DNA of 63,643 bases, the filler included, from Chiloscyllium plagiosum (Eukaryota): the NCBI RefSeq assembly GCF_004010195.1. It is 4 parts of one record of this genome, joined end to end, with 100 filler letters (N's around TTAATTAATTAA, not from the genome) between each part and the next. Parts side by side here need not be neighbours in the genome. Positions count along the whole stretch, not along the records: positions 52,007 to 59,976 come from NC_057713.1; positions 60,077 to 63,643 come from NC_057713.1; 2 more parts are not named here. One strand, written 5' to 3'. The notes below the pieces were generated by a model that worked only from the letters and a program-made list of their open reading frames with translations, was not told the origin of the DNA and searched no databases. Positions 52,007-63,643 of the stretch are shown here, piece by piece. The position numbers and the translations under genes are program-made. The stretch's first letter is position 1; every line of letters begins with the position of its first letter.

Positions 52007-53160
52007 GAGCAGGCTGAGACAATGGGTCGGCCGGGGCAGTCAGGTTTGTGGATTTTGGGCAGGAGGTAGAAACGGGTGGTGCGGGGTTGTGGGACTATGA
52101 GGTTGGAGGCGGTGGATGGGAGATCCCCTGAGGTGATGAGGTTATGGATGGTCTGGGAGATGATGGTTTAGTGGTGGGAGGTGGGGTCATGGTCAAGGGG
52201 GCAGTAGGAGGAGGTGTCCGCGAGCTGGCGTTTAGCCTCAGCAGTATAAAGATCGGTGCATCAAACTACCACCGCGCCTCCTTTGTCTGCCGGTTTGATG
52301 GTGTTTAAGTCCTGTCCTGATTTGCCTTTCCAAAATACAACATCTCACAAGCTGGCGTTTAGCCTCAGCAGTATAAAAATCGGTGCATCAAACTACCACC
52401 GTGCCTCCTTTGTCTGCCGGTTTGATGGTGTTTAAGTCCTGTCCTGATTTGCCTTTCCAAAATACAACATTTATCTAAATTAAACTCCAACTGGCACTCC
52501 TTAGCCCTTCATTCCATTTGATCAACATCCCGCTGTACTCGAAAGTAACTTTCTTCACTGTCCACTACACCACCAATTTTGGTGTTGTCTGCAAACTTAC
52601 TAACCATATCTCTAATGTTCACATCCAAATCATATATATAAATAATAAAAAGCAGCGGGCCAAACATCAATCCTTGGGGTACATCATTGGTTACAGGCCT
52701 CCACTCTTAAAAACAAACCTCCAACATCACCCTGTCTCTTACCTTTGTTTAGTTCTCTATCCAAATGACAAGTTCTCCTTCCGTTCTATGGGATCCAACC
52801 TTGTTAACCAGTCTACCATGTGGAACCTTGTCGAACATATTAGTGAAGTCCATATAGATTACATCCACCATTCCACCTTCAATCCTTCTCGTTACTTCTT
52901 CAAAACACTCAATTAAATTAGTGAGCTATGTTGACTATCCCTAATCAGTCCTCGTCTTTCCAAATACATGTAAATCCTGTCCGTCAGGATTCCCTCCAAC
53001 AACTTGCCCATCACTGACGTCAGGCTCACTGGTCTATAGTTCCCTGGCTTGTCCTTACCATCCTTCTTTACAGTGGCATCACATTAAACAATGTCCAGTT
53101 TTCTGTCACCTCACCTGTGACTATCCTTCTCCATAGTAAACACAGACGCAAAATACTCAT
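52007..53160 (-). mobile_element. PLE family A RT fragment (52007-52303) joined to a CR1 RT fragment; junction duplicated
   Basis: Minus-strand FYLLPKIHKPD and IKPADKGGAVVV, then CR1 VSKFADNTKIGG. 121-bp direct repeat at 52223-52343 and 52350-52470. Confidence 0.85.
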
Positions 53161-53203
53161 TTGATCAAGATGTGAAAATATATAAATACACTCCCACATA
53201 GAT

Positions 53204-53544
53204 TGTTGCCTTGAGGGTTCATGAATATCAAGATTATCACCTGAACAGTTATATTGCTGTTCAGCTAGGATTCAAACAAATTTGGGTTACTTCTTTATAA
53301 ATTGTACAAATCATGACATAACTGATTCTAATACAAACTTAACTTAAACATGAACTCAAAGTAACTCTTCAGTTGTTACTGATATTAGTCAAAAAGTAAA
53401 TCACTCATTGGCAAACTAATCAACATCTGTGTATGCAGTTTGCACAGTCACAGAAGACGACTTGCTGGGCAAAGTCACAATATTGTATACACAACACATG
53501 GATTCCTTACAGGTGAACTGAAAAGCCAAAGCACATGTACAACA
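53204..53544 (-). mobile_element. Putative 3' LTR of a Gypsy-type element
   Basis: TGTTG...CAACA termini, immediately preceded on the minus strand by the polypurine tract AAAAGAGGGGGA (53545-53556). Confidence 0.65.
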
Positions 53545-54534
53545 TCCCCCTCTTTTCCAAAAGAAAGGTTAACCATTTACAAAAATAAATGAGCCTGTGA
53601 GTCTCTTTAAAGGTAGGTAACTTGTTGATATGTCTAATTCCTGCGATGGTAACTTTTTCTGGATGTGTTGTTGATTCACCACAATCTTAAGTGATATTCT
53701 CTGTCGTTCCTCTTTGTGTTGTCAAGATTTTCTCTAATTGACTGAAGTTGCAGGCCTGGAATTTGTTTATCCTGATACAAAAGAGGCAAGTTTTATACCA
53801 GATTTGCCACAAATGGGTCGTGTTACTCAGGTATTTCAAGTGACTCAGGTCTTCCTTGCATTTACTATTTTGTTCCTGATAAGTTTCTCGCTTCAAATAA
53901 CCTGTTCTAATAACTCCAACTATAGCCATTCTAGCTTTTTATTGGATTTTCCTGGAAACCTGCATCACTTTAACTTGATGTTTCAGTACTGGTTAGGTTT
54001 CTCGATGTTCTGCTATAATCATTGCTGGTATTTATTTCTGAAAGGTATTAATTTTAAGCATCTTATGTGTACTGAGCATCTCCACCTGTTTTTTATGCAG
54101 TCTGTCATTTTCACCAGCACTGCTTTAAGTTCAAGTTGCTATTTCCATAGCTGTTCTTGCTGAGCCTGATCTGTTTTACACGCAGGCTGCTCTAGATCTT
54201 CCTAAAAGCTTGACACCTTTTTTCACCGGATTGATGGTATGGAGCTTGTGGTTCATCTTGCTTTCTTTCATTCCCTTCTAGCTCTTCATTCATCTTTTTG
54301 AGTGAGCCAACATATTCTCCAAAGATTTCTTCATCTCAGAGATTGTATTCACAAGTTTGGATTTATCATAATCTAGCTTTTACTTCTTAAATTTTTATTT
54401 TTCTCTGCCAAACACAGATTTTAATACCACTAATTCAAAAGAAAATGGTGTTCCATTTTCCTTTTTTTAATTCTGTAAGCAAATCATGAATAGTCTGCTG
54501 CAACTTCAGTTGTGTCTCTCATGTTTGACCAAAT

Positions 54535-55810
54535 TCATGGATTGTAACTAGTGCAAGGTCACCACGAACTGGTTCAGCTGCAATTACTGGTCCTGCAGGC
54601 AAATTGGTTGTTTACTTGCACTCCAGTACTATTGATCCTGTACAGGGAACTGGCGAACTGTTATATGCTGAAAAGGTTTACATTCGTGGGTTTTTATCAT
54701 AGCTTCCGGTGTTCATGGGTCCACATTTTAAAAAATTCACAGGGTAGTGCACTGGCCCTTGCCTATGTTGCTCTTTGCCAATAACAAATGGTAGCCAGTT
54801 GTCTGAAGACAGAAAAATACTTGCAAATATTCAAGTTAACAGTGCAAAATATATTCACCACTTTCTGTCTCGTTATACACATCAGACGACATTATGTACA
54901 CACCCGATTTGATTTATTGTTGTCACATGTACCTAAATACGGTGAAAAGTTTTGTTGTGCACGCAGTACAGGCAGATCATAATATTTAAGAACATACAGA
55001 TCATAGGGTGTTTGGACAGAGTGAGACATGCAAGATTATGGCTGCATAGGAGGTGTACAAAAGCAAGAACAACATTTGATTTGAAATTAGAGAGATCCAA
55101 ATAGCAGTCTAATAAGAGCAGGGAACGAGTTGTTCTTGAACCTGTTGGTATGTGCATGTAAGCTTCTGTATCTTCTGCCTGATGGGAGAGATTGGAAGGG
55201 AATATCACCAGAGTGAGAGGGGTCTTTAAAGATGTTAGCAAGCTTTCTGCAGCAACTAGTAGTGTAGATGGAGTCAATGGATGGGAGATTGCGCAAACTA
55301 ATGGTCTGGACTATGTACACAACTTTCTGTAGCTTCTTACAGTCCTGGCAGAGCAGAGCAGGATACGAGATGGGCTTGATTATAGCTTTAACATACTCCT
55401 TTGTGTGCAGTTTGGGTTCGGTATCCAGCTCCTTGCAGCTGCATCAGCCTTTTCTCTCGCGCACTAGTCAGCCAATCGCTTTTGCTGCTCGCCAAATGAA
55501 TTGAAAGCTAGACATTTCCTTGGTGCATGCAGAGAGCTGCACCATCCATATCCTGCTATGTTTTGGTGCAATCGTTATTGTGTCAACTGCTAAGATTGTA
55601 CACGAGACCTGTAAACTTTGTCAACCTACAAGAATTTATTTCCTAACTCTTTGATGCTATTGATGGCTGGTTTCTCTCGCAAATCTTTCTGGAAAACTTC
55701 GATGGGGATGGGTATCATCACCAACTCAACAAGTTGGTACACTAGCTCCCCTCTGGAAAATCATAGAGTCAGGCCTTTCCTCTGCAATGGCAGAGCAGTC
55801 ATCTATGGAT
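54535..55810 (-). mobile_element. Gypsy-type gag and aspartic protease relic
   Basis: Manual translation: gag-like DFPEGEL..LVELVMIPIPIEVFQKDL, decayed zinc knuckle (C)SSLHAPRKCLAF, and protease-like FSAYNSSPVPCTGSIVLEC and GPVI..DLALVTIH. Confidence 0.65.
54906..55350 (-). mobile_element. Rex1/Babar-type LINE 3' end nested in the Gypsy relic
   Basis: KDPSH..FQSLPSGRRYRSLHAHTNRFKNNSFPALIRLL C-terminus and an aataaatcaaatc tail. Confidence 0.8.
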
Positions 55811-58800
55811 CCAGTCCAAACAACCAGAATTTTAATCAGGATTGATTAACTTTGTGGGTTAGTTTATTTAACACAGAAAAAGACATAATAGGTTACAAAG
55901 CAGTCACTACAGCAAACCAACAGATTACACAGTCCTTAAAGGTGAACTCACTTAAAGGCAAGGTTGATGTACAATGCTAGGTAACATCCTTCTCAGTCTA
56001 ATTTTTTCCCACGTTCTGTGCCATCTCATTTCAACCACTATTGTAACTTGACCAAGCCAGCTCCCACCACCCCTCTCCTCCAGTTCACCTCTTGCATTCC
56101 TTTTCCTGGTGAAAGGCAGGCCTGGTCCTAGAGCACCTGCCAATGGCAACAGGAAGAAGAGACTCCCACACCATCTCCCCAGATACCTGAACCTTTCATG
56201 CTGTCAGCAGTGCTGGATTTCAGGGTCACAAGACAAGAGGTGTCCCCAAGATATTTTCTCCAGGATGCATGACAGAAATTAAAAATACATGATAATCCTG
56301 TTGTATGTTTTGGCTTTGCCTGTATCCATCTGACAATGCATTTCAGAATTCTGCTATAGCATCCAAAGCCAAGTCGATAGCAGGCTGCACAAGTCGGAGT
56401 CTGAACTGCCTACGATCTGTCACTTTGTTGGACCCCTCTTTTCACAACTTAATGGTAAATGTCAGGACAGGACAATTGAAACCTTCCGATGGATTTTAAA
56501 ATTACCTTGCCTTAAAGTCCACTAGCTGCAAATTGACTGATGATTTTTCAATGACTAGTTTATTCCAACAGTGAATCTTGTTCATTCTGAAAATACTGGA
56601 GTCATTGAGATTCAGGTACATCTCCAGTTCTAGGGGCGTTTAATTTCGTTCTTAAATTGGTGTAAAAAGCTCTGAATAGATTATTGCCACAGAAAAAATG
56701 CAAATGAATCAAACCCATTTCTGCCAGGAGTAAGGATGAGCATAAGAGATTAATAATTAATGAAATGTCCTACAGATCAATAAGCACATGAATCTACTGT
56801 ACAAGTCTCTTTTGGCTCTTATCCCTTTTGGCTAATTATTAATACACAAAGAGTACTTAAGGTAATTGAAAAATTACTTTAAAGACCACATTAATCAAAA
56901 CCGTCCAGCTTCCATTTTGATCTATGGGCTGCAGGGCAATGGTTACATCTGTAAATGTTCCTGTGATGTGTCCCTACCTTTTCTCAGCATTAAACATGAT
57001 GCATGACATATATGGTCAGGCAAATTGCAATAGTCTTACAGAATAATGTACTGTGTTATAAAGACAGAATAAAATTAAACTGGCACTTACACGGTTGTGC
57101 TCGTCACAATCTACAATTTGATTCACAATCAAATACTTGCTAAGTGTAGTGTAGGAAATACAGGAGCTAATTTCTATACAATAAAGTCCCTCACACAGTC
57201 CAATCTATTCTAGTCATGTTGGTTGAGGGAAGGATATTAGGAAAACACCCCTCCTTTTTGAATAGTGCCAAAGGATTTCACACATCCACATAGCACAAAA
57301 AGGACTTTGTTTAAACATCTCTTTTCTAAAAGGGCAATGCCTTTTACAATACTGAATTCCCTCGGAGCTGCAATGGAGTTTCCACTAATTTAAATCACCC
57401 AGATGTTCCAATCAGTTCAGAAATCCTATTTCTAACCCTCTACCCAACACCTTTGAAGTCTTCTGCCCTGGAGATTCCCAGATAGGGGCCTCTTCTTACA
57501 AACCTATCCAGGAATTCTCAAAACAGCAGTGGAGAAAGTTTTCTTAGACACCATACCCCTAGAGTCAGTATGTTGTATTGTGTGATTATCATCATAGCTG
57601 GCTAGCTCCTATGATGGGACAGATACATATGGTAAGTGAGGAGTTAAGGTGTCAGCTAGATGAAGCAGGCATTTTGTTAGGTGGGCGGGATGCCACATAA
57701 ACAGATGTATGCTAACGATAAGGCTGAGTGTGAGGGATGTCAGGTCCGAAAGGGGTTGATCCAAAGGGATCATTCCAGCTGACTTTGTTGAAAGGGGTTG
57801 AGGGTGATCTGGTAGGATAAGACTGGTGGAATTGGGTCATGTTGGGACAGATGGGTGAGACTGGTCAGGGAGTAGCTCATAAGAGTCCCGGTGAGGGAGG
57901 TGGGAGAAGGGATCAAGGAGTGAGGTATAGTTAGGTGGGTAAAGAGACGCAACATGATGGTTGGGGAGGAGAGTGACAAGATCAGTGTAACAATCATCAT
58001 GAGTTATGGTAGGTTGTAAATCCTCTACTCTTTATTAGCAATTATTAAGCTTAACTGAGTGGAAACCTTCCAGCATTCTCAACTTCAAACTGCTTTCTCA
58101 GAAAATACCAGATGCAAGGAAGCTGCCCATTGGGAAGTTCAATGTCTCAGGCAAATCCTACATTCCTGGAATCGGTTGTGTCTGGGATTCCACATGGTCC
58201 TGACATGGAATTCCAGTGATGTTCCAATGACAGTCAAACCAGCACAATATCTGGATAATTGTCTACAGAATGAGATTTGTAACCACAGCCTTCTGACAGA
58301 GAGGTTAAAGGTGTTGCTCATGGGCAACAACTGACACTGCAGAGGTCATCTGATACATGCTCACATTAATATTATCCAATTCCATTGTTGCTTGTTACTT
58401 GAACATCCTTGCAGAATGAGCATTGGCAAAGCTAGCATTGTTTGCTGTATGAGAAGTTGATGGTACACTTTTGTCAACCTCTACAGTGCGTGGCTGAGCA
58501 GTTCACATTCCATACTAGATCTTTCTCGCATGGAAGCCTACTTCCATTGACGCATATACAGGTTGACCTTACAGTGATATACAGATGGAAAATTCTCCCT
58601 TACAAAATTAAGCTGACTGGAGGACAAGAGAGGGTTTCAAGTGGCATTATTATTCTGCACAGATTCATTACAATGTCCAAAGAAATACTACTTTAATGAT
58701 TAGGTGTCTAAAGGTTTTATAAATTTATCTAAAACCCTGAAAAGTCTGCCAACTTGCTGGAGACTAAGAGTAATTTTTCAATATATCTATAATACAATGT

Positions 58801-59683
58801 GTCTCTTCCCCCACACAATTATACCTCACTCCTGGTATAAACAATTTTGAGTCACACAAGATCATTATAATACTATGCGCTGGTAGAATAGTGAAAAGCT
58901 ATGGAACAGTTGGTATATACTGAAGTCAGTCCTAATTGGGGGCACTTAGTCCATTAAATAGTTTTAATGCTGTATACATTCAAAACACATACTTTGTAGA
59001 ATCTACTTTAAAGCTGCAGCAAATGTGCATTTAAATAATCTCGCACCATTTTTCTGCAAAACTGAAGAATACTAATAACAGAGTATTGTCTGATGCAGGT
59101 CCTTCTCTGCACCAGTCTGCTTTCGGCAGCTAGTAAGTTACACCTTCAGCTTTGGTCACCTAGTCTGATTCACATGCCATTCCTGATCTCAGTCATATCT
59201 ATTTTCTGTTTTTGAGAATCGCACGTGTTCTTCAAGAAAAGAACAAATTGGGATAGTGGGAAAAATGGGAATGATATGGCCTAGACAGCAACTGGAAAAA
59301 AAAATCAAGGACTTCTTACAACTACAAGTTCAGATGTCATGAGTGTAATTGGCCTTTTACTATGCAAAGCTGGTCAACTGTTACATATAAATTTGCATTA
59401 ACACAACACTTTCCTAAAGACTGAGCAGAAAAAAAAGCCTCATGCTTAAAAAAGATTAGGCGTACACAGCAAGAACTGATTTCAACTTTCTTCAACTCAT
59501 CCACATCTTCCCACTAAGACATATACTGCTTACGAAACCCCTCAGTATGTCATGGAAAACTCTCTCCAATACCAATTAAGCACCCAAATTGTTCTTTAAT
59601 TGAAATGGAAGTATATTCAGAATGCACACTGCTGGTGTCAGTTCTTCTCTGAATGACTTGAATAATAGGCTTATCGATACACA

Positions 59684-59976
59684 GGGAGAAAGTGAGGACT
59701 GCAGATGCTGGAAATCAGAGCTGAAAATGTGTTGCTGGAAAAGCGCAGCAGGTCAGGCAGCATCCAAGGAGCAGGAGAATCGACGTTTTGGGCATGAGCC
59801 CTTCTTCAGGAATGAGGAAAGTGTGCCAAGCAGGCTAAGATAAAAGGTAGGGAGGAGGGAGTTGGGAGAGGAGAGTTGGAAATGCGATAGGTGGAAGGAG
59901 GTTAAGGCGAGGGTGATAAGGTGAGGGTGATAGGCCGGAGTGCGGATGGGGGCGGAGAGGTCAGGAAGAAGATTGC
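59684..59976 (-). mobile_element. PLE family A 3' terminus
   Basis: Same tail and 3' UTR as 22430-22680. Hammerhead GAAA core is mutated to AAAA. Confidence 0.9.
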
Positions 59977-60076
59977 NNNNNNNNNNNNNNNNNNNNNNNN
60001 NNNNNNNNNNNNNNNNNNNNTTAATTAATTAANNNNNNNNNNNNNNNNNNNNNNNNNNNNNNNNNNNNNNNNNNNN
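59977..60076. other. Artificial scaffold spacer N44-TTAATTAATTAA-N44
   Basis: 100-bp spacer. Confidence 0.95.
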
Positions 60077-63000
60077 TAAGATTATTAAAGGATTGGACAC
60101 TCTGGAGGCAGGAAACATGTTTCCGCTGATGGGTGAGTGCCGAACCAGAGGACACAGCTTAAAAATAAGGGGTAAGCCATTTAGGACAGAGATGAGGAGA
60201 AACTTCTTCACCCAGAGAGTGGTGGGTGTGTGGAATGCTTTGCCCCAGAAGGCAGTGGAGGCCCAGTCTCTGGATTCGTTTAAGAAAGAATTGGATAGAG
60301 CTCTCAAGGATAGTGGAATCAAGGGTTATGGAGATAAGGCAGGAACAGGATACTGATTGAGGATGATCAGCCATGATCATAATGAATGGTAGTGCAGGCT
60401 CGAAGGGCAGAATGGCCTACTCCTGCACATATTGTCTATTGTCTATAACTTTAGCAAGAACATTCCGTTTCAACAGATTACACAAGTTAGCTATTAACAA
60501 GGTCAGAACAAGTAGTAAGACAGAATGTATGGAAGAGCTCAAGAATCTAACTTCAGGCACAGCAGATATGGGGACAACAATGAGAAGGAGGACAGTTAAC
60601 ATAAGACTGAGTATGTTGTATTTATGTGTGTGCTTAATACAAAACAAGATAAATGAGCTTGCAGCACAGTTTGAAATTAGCAGGTGTGATAGTTATCACT
60701 GAGATATGGCTGCAAGGGGATTAGCGCTGGGAGCTAATTATCCAAGGACATGTGTCCTATTGAAAGGATGGGCAGGGGGTGGGCGGGTGGGGGGGAGCTT
60801 GCCTTGCTAGTAAGAAAATAAATTAAATCAAAAAGCGGAAATGATATAGAGTAGGAAGATGTAAAATCTGTGTAGTTAGAGTTGAGGAAACACGAAGGAA
60901 AAAGATTCTGATAGGAATTATGTACAAGCCTCCTAGCAATAGTCAGGCTGTGGGGAAGAAATAAATTACAAGATAGGAAAGGCATGTAAGATAGCCACTA
61001 TTACAATCATCATGGGGGACTTCAATATGCAGGTGGAATAGGAAAACCCAGTTGGTAGCAGATCCAAAGAAAATAAATTTGCGGAATATCCACGAGATGT
61101 TTTTTTTGAGCAGCTTGCGTTAGAGCCCATTAGGGATCAGGCAAATCTGGATTTGGTGACGTGTAATGAGTTGAAAAATGTGATGCTGGAAAAACACAAC
61201 AGGCCAGGCAGCATCCAAGGAGCAGGAGAATCGACGTTTCGGGCATAAGCCCTTCTTCAGGAATCTGACGTGTAATGGGGCTGACTTAATTAGTGAGCTT
61301 AAGGTGAAGGAACTCATAGAGGGCAGTGACCATAATATGAAAGAATTTATCCTGCAGTTTGAGAGGGAGAAGCTAGAATCAGTTATAATGGTATTAGAAC
61401 TGAGTAAAGGTAATTACAAAAACATGAGGGAGGGGGTGGTGAGAGTTGATTGGAATGGGAGCCTAGCAGGGAAGATGATTGAGCAGCCATGGCAGGAATA
61501 TCGAGGGGTAATTCAGGAGGCACAGCAGAATTTCATCCCAATTAAGAAGAAACATACTAAGAGGAGGATGAAGAAACCATGGCTGACGAGATGTCAGGGA
61601 TAGCACAAAAGCAAAAGAGAAAGCATACGATGTGGTGAAGATTAGTGAGAATCGAGAGGATTGGGAAACCTTTATAAACAGTAGAGGACAACTGAAAAAG
61701 CAACAAAGGTGGAGAAGTATGAGGGTAAGCTAGCTAGTATTATAAAAGAAAATTGCAAGCTGTTTTGAAAGAGGTAAAGTAACAGACAGACAAGAGTGAA
61801 TATTGGACCACTGGAAAATGAGGCCGGAGAAGTCATAATGGGGAACAAAGAAATGGCGGAGGACCTGATAAGTACTTTGCATCATTTTTCATGGTGGAAG
61901 ACACCAGTAGAACGTCAGAATTTCAAGAATGTAAGGGGGCAGAGGTGAGTGCAGCGGCCATCACTAAAGAGAAGGTGCTGGGGAAGCTGAAAGGTCTAAA
62001 GGTTGATAAATCAGCCAGGCCAGATGGACTACAACCTAGAGTCCTGAAGGAGATAGCTGAGGACATTGGTGGTGATCTTTCAGAAACCACTGGAGTCAGA
62101 GAGGGTCCAAGAGGACTGGAAAATAGTTAATGTTAGACGACTGATTAAGAATGGAGGGAGGCAGAAGGCAGGATATTATAGGCCAGTTAGATGGACCATG
62201 GTAAGATTTCAGAGTCAATATGAAGATTGCAGGGTGGTTGGAAGTGCGTGATATATTAGGGTTGAGTCAGCATGGCTTCAGCAAGGGAAGAGCATGCCTG
62301 ACAAATCTGTTAGACATCTTTGAAGAGGTAATGAGCAAGTTAGACAAAGGAGACCCAGTGGTTGATCTACTTGGATTTCCAAAAGACCTTTGACAAGATG
62401 CGACACAGCAGGTTGCTACGTAAGAGCACATGGTGTTAGGGGTAAGGTATCGATATGGAGAGAGAATTGGCTGACTGGAAGAAGGCAGGAAGTATGAATA
62501 AATGAGTCTTTTTTAGGATGGCAGCTGGTGACTAGTGGAGTTGAGAAGCAATTATTGAGAATTGGGAAATTAAGATACAAAGATGTAAGGAAATTGCGGA
62601 TATTTGTAAGAACAATAGGGTTGTAATGGGAGGGAATTTTAACTTTCCAAACATAGACTGGGACTGCCATTGTGTTAAGGGCTTGGATGAGATGAATTTG
62701 TTATTAGTGTACAAGAAAATGTTCTTATTCTGTATGTGGATGTACTTACAAGAGAGGGAACAAAACTTGACCTTCTCTTGGGAAATGAGGCAGGTGACAA
62801 TGGGGGAGTACATTGGGGCCAATCATCATACTTCTATTAGTATTAAAATAGTTATGGAAAAGGGTAGACCTGATCGAAAAGTTAAAGTTCTAATTTGGGG
62901 TTAGGCAAATTTTGACAGTATTAGGCAAGGATTTTCAAAGGTCAATTGAGAGAGGCTATCCACAAGAAAAGGGATGGGTGGAAAGTGGGAGGCCTTTAAA

Positions 63001-63320
63001 AATGAGATAACAAGAATTCAGAGACAGTAAATTTCTGTTACTGTGAAAGGCAAAGCTGCTAGGTATAGGGAATGCTGGATGGCTAGAAATTGAGGCTCTG
63101 GTAAAGAAAAAGAAGGAGGCATATGTCAGATATAAAAAAAAGAGCAGCATAAATGGAGTAGGAGTATACATAAGAGGGAAATCAGAAGGGCAAAAAAGAA
63201 GCATGAGATATCTTCGACAAATTGGGTTAAGGATAATCGAAGGAGATTCTACAATTATATTAAGGGAAAAAGAGTAACTGCAGAAAGAATAGTGCCCCTT
63301 AAAGACCAGGTAAAAACAAT
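60077..63320 (+). mobile_element. CR1-type LINE fragments: 3' end (60077-60445), decayed APE-RT (about 60590-62540) and a second APE fragment (about 62550-63320)
   Basis: FFTQRVVGVWNALP, IMGDFN, GSDHN, PDGLQPRVLKE, QHGF and GNFNFPNIDWDCH motifs. Confidence 0.85.
61169..61265 (-). mobile_element. Short PLE terminal insertion with intact hammerhead-like motif (61233-61261)
   Basis: 12-bp TSD tgacgtgtaatg (61157-61168, 61266-61277). Minus strand reads CCUGAAGAAGGGCUUAUGCCCGAAACGUC. Confidence 0.88.
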
Positions 63321-63337
63321 GACTGCAGAACATGGAA

Positions 63338-63643
63338 ACCAGATTCTGGATTAGTGGTGCTGGAAGAGCACAGCAGTTCAGGCAGCATCCAAGGAGCTTT
63401 GAAATCGACGTTTCGGGCAAAAGCCCTTCATCAGGAATAAAGGCAGTGAGCCTGAAGCGTGAAGAGATAAGCTAGGGGAGGGTGGGGGTGGGGGGAGAGT
63501 AGCATAGAGCACAATGGGTGAGTGGGGGAGGAGATGAAGGTGATAGGTCAGGGAGGAGAGGGTGGAGTGGATAGGTGGAAAAGGAGCTGGGCAGGCCAGA
63601 CAAGCCATGGGGACAGAGCTGAGCTGGAAGTTTGAAACTAGGA
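63338..63643 (-). mobile_element. PLE (family A relative) 3' terminus with hammerhead-like motif (63407-63435), running off the window
   Basis: Minus strand reads CCUGAUGAAGGGCUUUUGCCCGAAACGUC, followed by a related tail. Confidence 0.85.

Noticed and set aside
53560..54530. Processed pseudogene of a coiled-coil host gene such as the CALCOCO/TAX1BP1 family
   Set aside because: No recognisable host domain. It lies between a retroviral-type protease and a PPT/LTR, so it is treated as part of the LTR element.
57440..58640. Possible decayed Harbinger Myb/SANT partner gene and purine-rich tract
   Set aside because: Similarity is too weak to support by eye.

Overview
Vertebrate intronic DNA, very probably from a shark or another cartilaginous fish (inferred from HE1-type V-SINEs, CR1/HER1-type LINEs and abundant Penelope-like elements). 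The only host-gene sequence I can support is two + strand coding exons of LRP12 or a close LRP12-like paralogue. Exon 39920-40122 encodes the C-terminal part of CUB1. Exon 47140-48241 encodes LDLa-LDLa-CUB2-LDLa x3 and the transmembrane helix. The neighbouring exons were not found. The rest is nested, mostly decayed transposable elements: CR1 LINEs (one near full length), HE1 SINEs, two Penelope-like families carrying minimal hammerhead-ribozyme motifs and fold-back ends, a Harbinger transposase relic, two Tigger-like MITEs, a Rex/Babar fragment and a pol-less Gypsy relic. Three 100-bp N44-TTAATTAATTAA-N44 spacers are artificial contig joins. The most unusual signal is a LINE family, seen twice, with a tRNA-like A/B-box head placed directly before an APE-RT ORF. 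It has no ORF1 and almost no T4 runs on its sense strand, so it may be a Pol III-driven autonomous LINE. All assignments are by eye, and TE boundaries are approximate.
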